This document shows positions 1 through 12,115 of a DNA stretch of 64,000 nucleotides, in pieces. The position numbers and the translations under genes are program-made. Under the pieces are notes generated by a model that saw nothing but the letters and a program-made list of their open reading frames with translations, was not told where the DNA came from and did no database searches. Source of the stretch: Fistulifera solaris (Eukaryota); contig AP026142.1 of the NCBI GenBank assembly GCA_030295235.1, positions 186,001-250,000 of the forward strand. The letters run 5' to 3'. Position 1 is the first letter of the stretch. The number at the start of each line of letters is the position of its first letter.

Positions 1-4
1 TGGA

Positions 5-235
5 ATGCCGAGTACTGTTCCGGGGAGTCTTTTGGGTAGCAACATTCCCCGGAGCGGTCTCGTGAGAGCTCACGGTGATATAAATCTATCAGCCGCTGCT
101 CTCCTCGAGTCTCTCTCTCAACGCGAACGCATCCTCGCCAGTCAACTCGTCGGCAATGGATTGCTTTCCCAGCAATTCCAAGGTGTCGCCGGTGATCAAT
201 TGTACAATGGAGTTGATCTCAACAAGAGGCTTTGA
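5..235 (+). CDS. possible 3' end of an unidentified gene running in from the left edge
   Basis: Open frame from the window edge to TGA-TAG at 233-238, with coding-like composition; no recognisable motif. Confidence 0.25.
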   Translation: MPSTVPGSLLGSNIPRSGLVRAHGDINLSAAALLESLSQRERILASQLVGNGLLSQQFQGVAGDQLYNGVDLNKRL

Positions 236-782
236 TAGTATAGCTGAGATGTAAGCGAATATCACTGCGAGCCAACGAGCGTCAAAACTCCTCTACGCAA
301 CGATTTTCCTTCGTTGCGTGGATGATATATATGTGCTGAACCCAAAAACAATGAAGTTTGTTTTACAAAGTCATAATCTTTTCTTTTGAAACTATCGTAT
401 TTGAGCTAGGATTCAGAAAAAGCTTCGCTTTCATTGCTGTAACAACAATTTGTCTCTGAAGTAGAAGCGAAATTGGAATGAGCTTGGTTGATCGACGAAA
501 GCACTTTAGATAAATCGTATCATCGCAAGACGATCTAGCTCTCTTTATTTTTAACCCTAGTGCAATAGACAACTATAGCGCGTCAATTTTGACAAAAGCG
601 AAAACGGAGACTCGACGATGGGAAATAATGATACTACGTATTAGACAAAACAACCTTGTTATCGCATAGTTGAAGCTTTCCATTTTTATCAAAAGTTCAT
701 CTACGTTTCTCACTGCAGACGCTAAACGAAATTGTGTTCATTTGCCGAGTAATAGCCGACGCGACACGAAAGACCCTTGTGA

Positions 783-1516
783 ATGTCACAAAGAATAATG
801 CACGCTATCGTGTGGGTAGTCTGTGCTTTCGTTCTATCACAACAATCCACTGCTTTCTCTTCTAGGCCATTTTTTCTCAAAGCGAAACAAAGCTCTATGC
901 TACTGCTGACGAAGATGGCAATGAACTCTTGAAAAAAGCGGCCGCCTTGCGTGAAGAAGCCAATCGATTGGAGCAGTCTCTCAAGGCGAATCGGCCCTCT
1001 AAGAGTTCCAATATCCGTCCACAACCCAAAGCACCTCCAATGACATCGTACAAATCCATGAAAGATTCGACCTGGACCTTGACGTATCGATTTGTGGATC
1101 GACCGGAGTCGCGCGATGTCACTTCTCCTTCCGAACGAAACCTCTACAGTGGCAAGTTGACCGTCATCTTTCTGAATGATGGCTACAGTGATGTTGTTCG
1201 CCACGAAAGTACGAATGTTAAAGTCCAGAAAGTATGGGGCTGGGATGTGGAACGATCGAACGACGATGATAACGAGTATTTATTGTTTTCGGTGGATTTT
1301 GTGTTGCCATCGATTGGCAAAGAACGCTTCTACTTTCAGGCCCGAAAAAGTGTCGACGACATAGGGAACATCTCGCTCGCCGAAGGAACTATCACCGTCA
1401 AACTAGACGTAGTGGATTCGAAAGCATCGAGATGGAGTCTCTTTTCTCCACGAGGGATTTTGGCCGAATTTCGGGCTGTCGGTGAATTCATTGGGAAACC
1501 GAGTACAGCATTTTGA
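783..1516 (+). CDS. hypothetical protein with predicted bipartite plastid-targeting presequence
   Basis: ATG at 783 gives MSQRIMHAIVWVVCAFVLSQQSTAF (signal peptide plus ASAF-like motif). It joins ORF 929..1516 if one T is restored in the T run at ~870-875. Confidence 0.7.
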
Positions 1517-1681
1517 TCGATCAATCGAGCAAATAAACAACAAAAGATAGGGATTATTTAGGGATTATATACACAAAAAGTAAGAAGATGACCAAAGAAG
1601 AAGTGCACGTTCGTGTTGCTCCATTCGAGACGCTGCTTGGGGCTCAGAAGACATGGATTTTTTTATACCATGCGCTATCTC

Positions 1682-2200
1682 TGCGTGAAGAAGCCAATCA
1701 ATTGGAGGAGTCTCTCAAGGCGAAATCGACCCTCTGACCTGGACTTTGATGTATCTATTCGCCGATCGACCAGAGTCACGCGATGTCACCTCTCCTTCCG
1801 AACGAAATTCGTACAACGGCAAGTTGACCGCATCTTTTTGAACGATGGCTACAGCGAAGTCGTTCGTCACATGGAACGGCGTTAAAATTCTGCCTCGTCG
1901 TAGACGCTACGTAGAATCTTGCACTGGGAGGCAGAATTTTAACGTCCTTCCCATAAGTACGATCGAGCGACGATGATAACAAATATTTGCTGCTTTCGAT
2001 AAATTTTGTGTTGCCATCGATCGAACAAGAAACGCTATAATTTGTAGGATTTTGTTTGCTGAAGGAACTATCACTGCCAAGTAGGTCTAGTAGATTTGCA
2101 AGCATCGACATGGAGGAGTCTCTGTTCTAGGCGTTTCTTGAAACAGTTTATCGCTCAGTTTCTTGCTGTCGGCGAACTCATTGGGAAGCCTAGAGCACTG
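1682..2200 (+). pseudogene. degenerate tandem copy of the 783..1516 gene
   Basis: Colinear similarity (tgcgtgaagaagccaatc, cgcgatgtcac, ggcaagttgaccg, ctcattgggaa) with deletions, stops and substitutions. Confidence 0.85.
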
Positions 2201-2364
2201 CATTAGACAATCACAAAGAAATGGCGAAATGAAGGAAAAGCAAAAAGATCTGTATGTACATTATGGAAAGAAAAGAATCTTCTCATGTTGGGAATTCCGT
2301 GAGGCTGATTGAATTAACATGCTTTCCTGTCAGGTTCCACTTCCGACCGAGCCACAAATAATTC

Positions 2365-3440
2365 CTATGCAACAAACACCCGATAATTGACGAGCCTAGC
2401 TGCAGTTTTTTGTTTTTCGTCATGTTTGTCACCGTGGCCTACCTTCTTGTCCATCTTTGCCTTCTCGGCGCTGTCTACTTTGTGGTGAGAATTTTCCTTG
2501 TTGACGTCGCCATTACCATCTCCACCGTCATTGTTCTTTTCTCCGACTACATTTAAAAGTGCCAATGCATCCTGCTTTGCATGCCTTTTATTGAATTCAT
2601 CAACCTGATAGAGACAGTAAAGGTCAAGGTCGATCTTGTTACGTACAATGTGGTCAAATTCGAGCCAAGTTTCACGGTGTCTGTGACAAATAGAGTAGAA
2701 CAGCGAATCGTAAGCGCTCATCAGAGAAGTGAAAGCGCCGATAAAAGGGCACATCATCTCTACGCCACTTACCGGATATCAAAGCAATATTCTTTGTATT
2801 TCTTTTCAATCGTAACTGTATGCGCCGCGAACGTCGTCACAGGATACCAGTCCGTGGAGTTCTCGCTTGCAAATCGCTCGATTGCATCATGAAGTTCTCG
2901 CAGAAACAAGAGGCCGTCAGCTGCATCTGCAGCGACCTGCATCATGACATGAAATACCGCTGGAACTCGAGTCCACACAAGTATTCGTCGCTCGGCGAGA
3001 CGCTTGTTGGACGGAAACAACAGCCTACCGGTCTTTAGAGATACGATTTCGGTGTAATACGCGTGAAAATTCACGACACGCCAAATTCTTTCTGGCCTGA
3101 ATCTAGTACACGTCTCGGACGGAGGGTCGAATTCGAATTCGATCAAATCACCAACTTCATATGGTCGCGCGTAGTAGAAGAAGATGTCGTCGAAATGCTT
3201 CCTGTACAAATGAAAGCTATGACGAACAGAGACGACGATGGAAGTGCATATTACGAGGTAAGGAGCCGTAGAAACAAAGTCAAGGAGCCAAGCAATCGAA
3301 AGCGTGACTAGGAAATAGTAAATGTCGCCCATCCCCACGAAATCGCAAAAACAATCCAGCGACTGTCGAGAGCCAAGTTCACCGCATTCTGACGTTACGA
3401 GGCGGGGTAGTAAGTCACTTGCAGCAAATGTGTCAGTCAT
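2365..3440 (-). CDS. short MscS-like protein (about 2 TM helices, cytoplasmic beta/alpha-beta domain, charged tail); intron 2681-2772
   Basis: Motifs RPYEVGDLIEF, WRVVNF..YTEI, PSNKRLAERRILVWTR, and spliced IR/HRETW; GTAAGT...CAG intron. Confidence 0.7.
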
Positions 3441-4299
3441 GTTTTTAGAGAAAATGAAACAAATGTTCGATTTGTGGTCGCAAAATGAATCTCTCCTTGT
3501 CGAACGCAAAAGACACGATTGTAAAAACGAATTTCGCTGATGGGCGGCGATCTGCTGGCGCTGGCTGCTGCGTACAGTACTGTACAGCCTCCCGTACATT
3601 GGCCGTTTCGAAAAGTACCACTATGACGTGAACTGTGAAAAAATCGTGGGAGTCCCTCAATCACTATAGTAATACGTCTGCCGCATTTTTCTCGAAAAGC
3701 CAGTAAAAAAATGAGCCATTAAAAGGAAAGAAAACCATGAGAAAGCCGACAAGTCGTTGCCACGCGAAAAACTATGTTAATGTAAAGTCGTCCTTCGTCA
3801 CAAAGAGCCCGCTGCTTCGCACTATCATGCCATGTTGGTGCGACACTCAACGTGGTTGACAGATTCTGGCGAACCAACACCGCGTGATCCAGTCCAGAAC
3901 GAAACAACAATCAACCAGCAAAGTGATCAAAACAAACGGTAACGACAACAAAAGGATATTAATTGTGACGGTACCGTATCGCTGCTTAGTATGCCAACTA
4001 AGTCAACTCGCTCTAGTGTGCCGACTATCGCTTTACACGGATGAATACTTGACAAGTCGAAGTCGTTCAATAAATACAGTCTTTCAATTAATAAGCTTAT
4101 TCGCTATCCAGACTACTTCTCTCAACAATCGCCTCAAAACCAAAGACAAAAGGTTTTCCTGCAATGAAGTCTTGTATCATGTTCTTTTTCTCTTTCTTTT
4201 GTCCATGTGCCAATAACATGTTTCATGTGCTTCCTTGAATGCAAATAAAGTGAAGCCGTTGCTCTTTTTCTCAAATCATGGCAAGGAGACTGGAAATAC

Positions 4300-4539
4300 C
4301 AAGTAAAATATGCGGTCTATACGGGTATGTCTGTCATGGTACGGCATATTCCCTCACCACGTCCGAGAGGTTTTCGTCCCTTCGGGGTTTCCTCTTCAAC
4401 ACCTTGCTGCTAGCCTTTAACGCACAATTACTCTAAGACGTTTTTACCGACCTTACGAGCTTTAGCATCTATTGCATTCTTATCTTTCTCAGATATCTTT
4501 ATCCCTCGTAAGTAAAGCCCTAACGACAAGGGAAACTTG
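4300..4539 (+). repeat. 5' LTR of element 1
   Basis: Direct repeat of 10733..10970, differing only by two single-C indels; termini CAAGT...ACTTG. Confidence 0.95.
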
Positions 4540-4949
4540 GTTTATCAGACCCAGCCACCGGCGAGCCGCAGCACAATGAAACGAAAAAGAAAACGTAAAC
4601 GACGACGAAGCGATCTGGCATGTGCCGATCGTTGCATCTACCGAAAGAGGTGCAAAGTGACCGGTATTTCGATACTTGAGCACATGCCGTTGTGCATGCT
4701 TTGCCAGTCAGAGACCAACGGAATGGTCAAGACGGTCGGGACGAACCGGCAACGACGCGGTCAGAATGCGCTGTCCGAAGCTGGCCATAAAAAGGCCGCT
4801 TGAAACGAAGTAAAGGAGAAGTATTTATCTCTCTCTTGTGTTGTATGCATTACGCCGGATGCGATGCTCACACAAATTGGATCGTGACGAAACACGATTA
4901 CGAAAACGACTAACGAACCCATTTATCTATTTTATTATTTCAGGATACC

Positions 4950-6491
4950 ATGGAACAGTTGCCTCCCGACGCCATTCCCCAGACCGTGACCCAGATCATG
5001 GCCCTCTGTGGCATCCCAAACGCCCCCTCCTGTTGATGCGAACATGGTTACCCCTGCTCGCTTCATCGCGTTGGAGATTTTTGGTGACTCCTTTCGCCAG
5101 GCTCGCAACATTAAGTTCGAACAGTTGGAAAAGGAGCTTGCCGAACTCGCTCAAATTCCTGAGCAACCGTTTCGCGTCCCTCCTCGCCAAGACGCAACTG
5201 CATGAAGGCGTTCATTGCATGGGCTAAGGAGTGCGAGATCTGTGGTTTCAATCCGGCAACGACGGTGTTCCCGGTGCAGGCGGCGCCGAACTTATCGAGT
5301 TGGCTGGAGTCCGTGCAGCTTTCATTGCAAATGCAAGATCACTGCAACGGCTGCCAAGCCGAACCCGTTCAAGTCGGCGACAGGGGCGAAGTGGGCGCCG
5401 TTGGTGGTTAATTTCTTGCGCCAGGTTCCTAACGCGATGGGCATTCCTTTGTCCTATGTCATTCGTGACATTGAGCAGCCCATTTATGATGTGACTCTTG
5501 GTCCTGAGCGCGCTCGACCGTTCACGTCATGGCTGCTCCTCTTGATGGTCCGCAATTTAAAGCGGATACGTTACAGGTTCACACCTATATTGCCAGTTTT
5601 ATTGCAGGTAATACTAAGGCAGAGGCGACGGTAAGCACCCATGCGGCAAAAGCTTGCGGCCGCACGGATTGGGCAGCATTAAAGGCAACATACGAGGGTA
5701 CGGGCGTACCGCGTTGAGTTGCTCGACGCGGAGCGCGTCATCGATGGTTCTTTCTTCGCGAGGCGAAAGCGGGCTACACTTGGACGAAGTTTGAGCAAGA
5801 GTTGGTGACGGCGTTTCATGTCCTCAACTCCAACGCAGGTGACGGCATCGTTCACTACTCCGACACCGACATGACGAAGCTATTGGTGAAGAAGACGAGC
5901 TCCTATCAACCTCTTGTCGCTGACGAATGCCATGATCATGGCTGGCCTTTCAAAGCCAGTTCCTGACATGAGTTTTGAACAAGCTCTTGCCCTAACCCGT
6001 CAAATTGTTCAACAGCATGTGAAACCAGGAGGGCGTTTTCCAATCGCAACATCAGGTCGGCAACAACGCCAAAAGAACAACGAAAAGAACGCCCCACAAA
6101 GCCAAAGGTAAAAATGCGAGATTCAAAAACAGGAAAGGACGTGGGACACGCAACCGCAACGACGAGTACACGATTACTTTGAAAAATGGTAACAAGTTGA
6201 ACGTCCATCCATCTTATGATTTTTCAGACGACGAAATCCGGCAGATGCAGCCCCACGATTGGCAGGAGATCCGCTGACGCCCGAGCAGCATATAAAGCGC
6301 AGCGACAGAACAATCGTTCCATCAATGCAACTAACACAAACAACCAGCAGATGGACGCCGCAACATTGATTTCAGCATTGACTGGCGCTGCTTCTCAGTC
6401 TCCAAATGCAGGTTTTACGATTACAGTTGCGCAAACTAACACCAATCCCGTTGGTACAGTTCATGGTGGACTAAAACGAACAGGGCGATGA
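4950..6491 (+). CDS. gag: Gag of element 1 (several frameshifts)
   Basis: Fragments NFLRQVPNAMGIPLSYVIRD, APLDGPQFKADTLQVH and CGRTDWAALKATYEG resemble diatom copia Gag. Confidence 0.8.
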
Positions 6492-9400
6492 TACGTGGCA
6501 ATCATTCTATCTCTTATTTCCAATCGACTCGTTCCACTGCCAACGACAGATCAGTGCAAGCGACGCGCAGTGCTATACCGCAACCCGGTGTATCGGCAGC
6601 CAACGAATGTGATTCCAATGCCGACACGTGTTGCGCCGGTAAGAACTTTGTTGTTCTCTCTTACACTAACCGCACTGCCAATGTTTATCCATATGACGCA
6701 TCATACGAACCGGTGCGAGGCGTGCCGATTGTTTCGGCCGCCACGGCTTGGACGAACCCGGTGACTGACGAAACAGTCATCCTTGTATTGAATGAATGCT
6801 TATACTACGGCTCTAAGCTTCCCCATACACTTTGGAATCCAAATCAGCTACGTTATAACGGTGTTATGGTGAACGACAACCCATTTGATCCATCAGAAGA
6901 CCGTTTGACTTTGCAGGTAGATGACTTGGTGGTTCCACTTGAATCTAGCGGCACCAAGATCCAATTCTTCTCTCGTACGCCAACACAACACGAACTGGAT
7001 ACCTGCCGCCACTTGCATCTCACAAAGCGAAAGCGAATGGAACCCACGCGACGTTACGCTGCAACCAGATGTCCCGTTTGTCTCTCGTACCTCATCTTTG
7101 CACTTCGATATTGTACAGGAGCCCGGCTTGTTTGACATTTCTCCAGCCCTCGTCGCTCTCAAAGAGCATGCTATTGCCTCTGTCAGTGTCACATCAGATG
7201 AAGAGATCCGTGTTTCATCCACTGACGTTTGACTCGCGGCTCGGCCTGAGGGGACCAACTTTGAGGGGACTTCAGCACCGGAACCAAGACTTGGATTCGA
7301 AGACCTTCCCGCACGACGCACATTTGAATCATCTGAACGACATCCAAAGGTGACGCCCGATACACTTGAGTGAGCAATGGAACATTGGAGAGAAGCAAGC
7401 TGAGGCAACCTTACGGGCCACGAAACAGCAGCGGCACTCGATCAGCGGTTTTACCACTTGCCCGACGTTACCGTGCCGACCGGCGCTATATTGTGCCTCA
7501 CATAAAAGGTAAAGTGTCCACTGACACATTGCATGCCGATGTTAAGTCCTTGACAGGAATGAAGTACGCCCAGGTATATTGGAAGAAAGGTGGCTTGTCC
7601 GCGGTGTACCCGATGAAAGATAAGACAGGGCGACTCAATTGGTAACTCATTGCATTCTTTCTGTCATGAGTTTGGCGCACCTGAATGGCTAGTACATGAT
7701 GGTGCAGCGGCCCAAGTGCGAGCTAACACGCTTTTCCAGCAGATGATGCGACGCTACGACATCCTATCTCACGTAACAGAAAAGGATCGACCGAACCAGA
7801 ACCCGGTGGAGCAGGGAATCGGACAGCTGAAAATGAAACTTTACCGAGCCATGCACAAGCGTAACGTGCCACGACGGCTTTGGGACTACGGCCTTAAGTG
7901 GGTATCAGAGATCGGCAACCTCACTGTCAATTCGTCAAAGTATTCCAATGGACGGACGCCCGTTGGAATGCCTGACGGGCGAGACGCCCGACATCAGTGA
8001 GTATACTGACTTCGGCTTTTATGATTATGTTGTTTATCGCAGCAACGCCGGACTGGGTGAAAACAGTCTGGGGCGCTGGCTTGGAGTCTCACACCGTGTT
8101 GGTAACTTAATGGCATATTGGGTCCTACCGGAGTCTGGCATCCCCATTTCAGTCACAACAGTCCAACGGTTAACGCGGCTCGAGATGCAAACGGACGAGT
8201 GGAAGGCACGGATGGCCGACTATGAATGCAAGCTGAAGGAACGGCTTGGCGAAACGCCACTCGAGGTACCGAACGATACACCGGACTTGTGTTTGGGAGT
8301 GTTGGAATGGGAAAGTCAAGCCTTCCTCGACGAGTTCCAACGAGTAATTGATGACCCAGCTGTGCCTCACGGATCGGATGACTTAATTGGACCAAACGGC
8401 GACTCATATGTTGATATGAGACTTAGCTTGAAACGAGACCGCGACGGCAAGTTGGTAGCTGCAAGGGTAGTTAAAAGGGCTACCGGCGAAGACGGCAGAC
8501 CGCTTGGGACACCGGACGATAACCCACTCCTGGATACCAGCCAATACGTGGTAGAGTACATTGACGGCGTTTGCGAAGTGCTTACAGCTAACACCATTGC
8601 ACAAAATATTTTATCCCAGGTCGATGATAACGGCTATGGCAGCCGCGAGTTAGACAAAATCCTCGACCACCGAACTGACGAAGCGGTACCGAAAGAGAAA
8701 GGGTGGATAACGACGGGGACGGAAACTCGACGACGTATTATCACGACAAAAGGGTGGGAAATACTGGTGCAATGGAAGGACGGCTCTTCAGATTGGATAG
8801 CATTGAAAGATTTAAAGAATACGTATCCGGTCGAGCTGGCTGAATATGCAGTGAAGCATGAGTTGCAGGAGATGCCGGCATTCGCATTTTGGTATAAACA
8901 TGTGTTGAAGAAGCGAGATCGAATCTTATCAAAGCTCAAAACAAAGTATTGGGAACGAACTCATAAGTACGGCATCCAAATTCCTAAGACGATGAAAGAG
9001 GCGTTGCAACTTGACAAAGAAAATGGCAATACTTACTGGTACGATGCAATACGAAAAGAGATGAAAAACGTGCAGCGTGGCGTTCGAGGTCTACAACGGG
9101 CGATTAGAAGATCTCATTGGTTACGAACAGATCACTTGTCATATTATCTTCGATGTCAAATTGAGCGAAGGCTTCCGACGAAAAGCGCAATTTGTTGCCG
9201 ATGGCCACAAGGTAGAGACACCGCCAACGATTTCGTACAGTTCTGTTGTGTCTCGTGACTCTGTTCGCATTTGTTTATTACTTGCGGCTCTTAATGGAAT
9301 TAAAGTGATGTGTGTTGATATTCAAAACGCGTATCTCACCGCACCGAACCGAGAGAAAGTTTATATAAAGGCCGGTCCGGAGTTTGGAAGTGAAGAGGGA

Positions 9401-10668
9401 CTCTGGATGCTGGTGGTTCGGGCGCTTTATGGCTTACGTGGTGCTGGAGCTTCCTTTCGGGCCTACCTTGCTACGAAGTTGGAAGAGATGGGATTCGCCT
9501 TGTGTGGCGGACCCCGACGTTTGGATGCGACCAGCGGTGAAGAGCAATGGCGGCGAATAATACGAATATATTCTTTGCTATGTTGACGACATTATGTGCA
9601 TCAGTGACGACCTGATTAAGGTGTTAAAGGAATTGGGTCAGAGCTTCCAGTTTAAGAATGACGAGATAAAGGAACCAGATATGTACCTCGGGGGCGACTT
9701 TAAAGCAACGCATTGGACGGGCGTTCCCCCGATGGTCTGTGACGAGCGATGAATACTTAAAAGCGGCAGTTGAAAATTTGGAAAGACAATTGGACGAAAA
9801 GAAATTGAAACTACCGAATGCGCTAAGTACACCGACAAACAGTAACATTGCGTTTGAACTCGATGACTCACGTTTGCTTGATGAAGAGGAGATCACTCAC
9901 TTCCAAGAGTTGATCGGCATCTTCGCGATGGGCTGACGGAACTTGGGCGAATCGATATATTGCTCGAGGTCTCACTATTGTCATCCTTTCAAGCGATGCC
10001 GAGGTGGAATCACTTACAGGAGGTATATCGTATCTTCGCGTTTATTAAAAAGAATCCGAAGTTCTCTCTCTACATGTCACCGGAGTTGCCGAAATTCGAA
10101 TTAATGCAGATGACGAGGCAGGCGGATGACTTCAAAGAACATTATAGGGACGCAAAGGAAGAGTTGCCGCCACGAATGCCGAAGCCACGGGGTAAGTCTG
10201 TGGTCATATCTGCATATGTTGATGCATCGCATGCGAACCAGGTTACACGGCAATCGCACACTGGGATTCAGATCTTTGTCAACCGAAGCGTTGACAATGT
10301 GGTTTAGTAAGAAACAGTCGACGGTAGAGTCCAGTGCATTTGTGAGTGAATTTATTGCTATGAAGACATGCATCGAGATGATTGTTGGTTTACGATACAA
10401 ACTACGGATGATGGGAGTACCGTTAGACGATGAGCCGAGTAAGATCTTTTGCGACAACAACTCGGTGGTATTAAATTCTTCCCAGTTTTCATTGACGGCT
10501 ATCTAAGAAGCACAACTCAGTTGCTTACCACCTAACACGATGGCATGTGGCGGCTGGGATCATTGAAGTCATATGGATTCCTACGCACAAGAATCTGGCC
10601 GACACGTTTACTGGCGATTAAGTAAGTATACGCGTGATACTCTCTTCGGAGATATTGCTTACTATTAA
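6488..10668 (+). CDS. pol: Pol of element 1: protease, integrase with chromo-like C-terminus, RT, RNase H (frameshifted in this consensus)
   Basis: PR ECDSNADTCC; IN STDT..HDGA..QNPVE; RT DIQNAYL, RALYGL, YVDD; RH YVDASHA, FCDNNSV, NLADTFT. Confidence 0.92.
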
Positions 10669-10732
10669 CGATAACTGGCGTGAGGTGAATAACAAATCGT
10701 CCAACACGGGATGATGAACGATTTGAGGGGAC

Positions 10733-10970
10733 CAAGTAAAATATGCGGTCTATACGGGTATGTCTGTCATGGTACGGCATATTCCCTCACCACGTCCGAG
10801 AGGTTTTCGTCCCTTCGGGGTTTCCTCTTCAACACCTTGCTGCTAGCCTTTAACGCACAATTACTCTAAGACGTTTTTACGACCTTACGAGCTTTAGCAT
10901 CTATTGCATTCTTATCTTTCTCAGATATCTTTATCCTCGTAAGTAAAGCCCTAACGACAAGGGAAACTTG
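10733..10970 (+). repeat. 3' LTR of element 1
   Basis: Immediately follows the PPT at 10722-10732; direct repeat of 4300..4539. Confidence 0.95.
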
Positions 10971-11870
10971 ATACAACTCCGTTCGTCCATATCATAAATC
11001 ATCTCCCAATGTCATCCGGTACTCCATCCGTCACTCCCCGTTCTTCATCCTCTTATCCATCCTACCGGTACCCCAACAGTACTCTATCCTATCTCCAATC
11101 TGATAGTATTTTAAGTGCATGGCGAGTGATTATTCTCTTGACACGCGTTGGCGATTATGTACTGAAGTATAAGTGTACCTACAGTGCTTGTAATTCCGGA
11201 AGTTGGGAGATATATGTTGAATTCTACGGTTAATGGTACAGAAAATTTCGGAGGTCGGAAGGTCCTTTTGGGAGTTTGGGAAATCATTCCTTTGCAGCTT
11301 GTAGCCACAGAATGAGAAAATAGTTATTTGGTTAGCATTGACTCTCCTTGTTGTTTACTTGTTCGACAGCATTCTATCTCTTTGAAGATAGACCCTTTGT
11401 ATCGTAACTTCTGTTTTTTGCCGAGTTTGCTGAGCTATCCGTGCGCAGTAAACTTTTGTCATCGACTTTGGTCATCACGTAAGTTTTTGGATGATGGCGG
11501 TATAATTGATGCGCAGAAAGGCGAATCGGAAGAACGGTGACCTTTATATATCGACTTAGACCTTTGCCTAATCTAACTGCAAGTTACTATGCGGTCGGCT
11601 ACTCTAGACTACAACCTACAACTAAATTCATCCTTGTTAATTGCAAAGGTAAAGAATCGTTAGGGTTTCGGTTAAAATTCCTCTCCGTTGCTCTACAAAA
11701 AAGTGCGTAGAAAATACGTAGGGAAATCCTATACCAACCGGCACTGCTTCTGGTATATTTTTCCTGCTCATTATACAGTATTGTGTTTTGGTACTACGTA
11801 AGGTAACCTTACATCCAGAGTCTGATCGTTTCTGTTTAAATAATACCGAAAATGCCAATACTAGTTGTAG

Positions 11871-12115
11871 CAAGTAAAATATGCGGTCTACCAGGTATTC
11901 GGGTATGTCTGTCATGGTGCGGCATATTCCCTCACCACGTCCGAGAGGTTTTCTTCCCTTCGGGGTTTCCTCTTCAACACCTTGCTGCTAGCCTTTAACG
12001 CACAATTACTCTAAGACGCTTTTACGACCTTACGAGCTTTAGCACCTATTGCATTCTTATCTTTCTCAGATATCTTTATCCTCGTCAGTAAAGCCCTAAC
12101 GACAAGGGAAACTTG
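11871..12115 (+). mobile_element. solo LTR of the element 1 family
   Basis: Full LTR copy with a few substitutions and a small insertion, flanked by its own GTAG TSD (11867-11870 and 12116-12119). Confidence 0.95.

Larger units (their letters stand above)
4300..10970 (+). mobile_element. full-length Ty1/copia LTR retrotransposon (diatom CoDi-I-like), element 1
   Basis: Near-identical ~240-bp LTRs, ATAC TSD (4296-4299 and 10971-10974), PPT tttgaggggac, and gag-PR-IN-RT-RH order. Confidence 0.95.

Noticed and set aside
3964..11142. Older TGT...ACA LTR surrounding element 1
   Set aside because: Candidate ends have no matching TSD and no second copy in the window.
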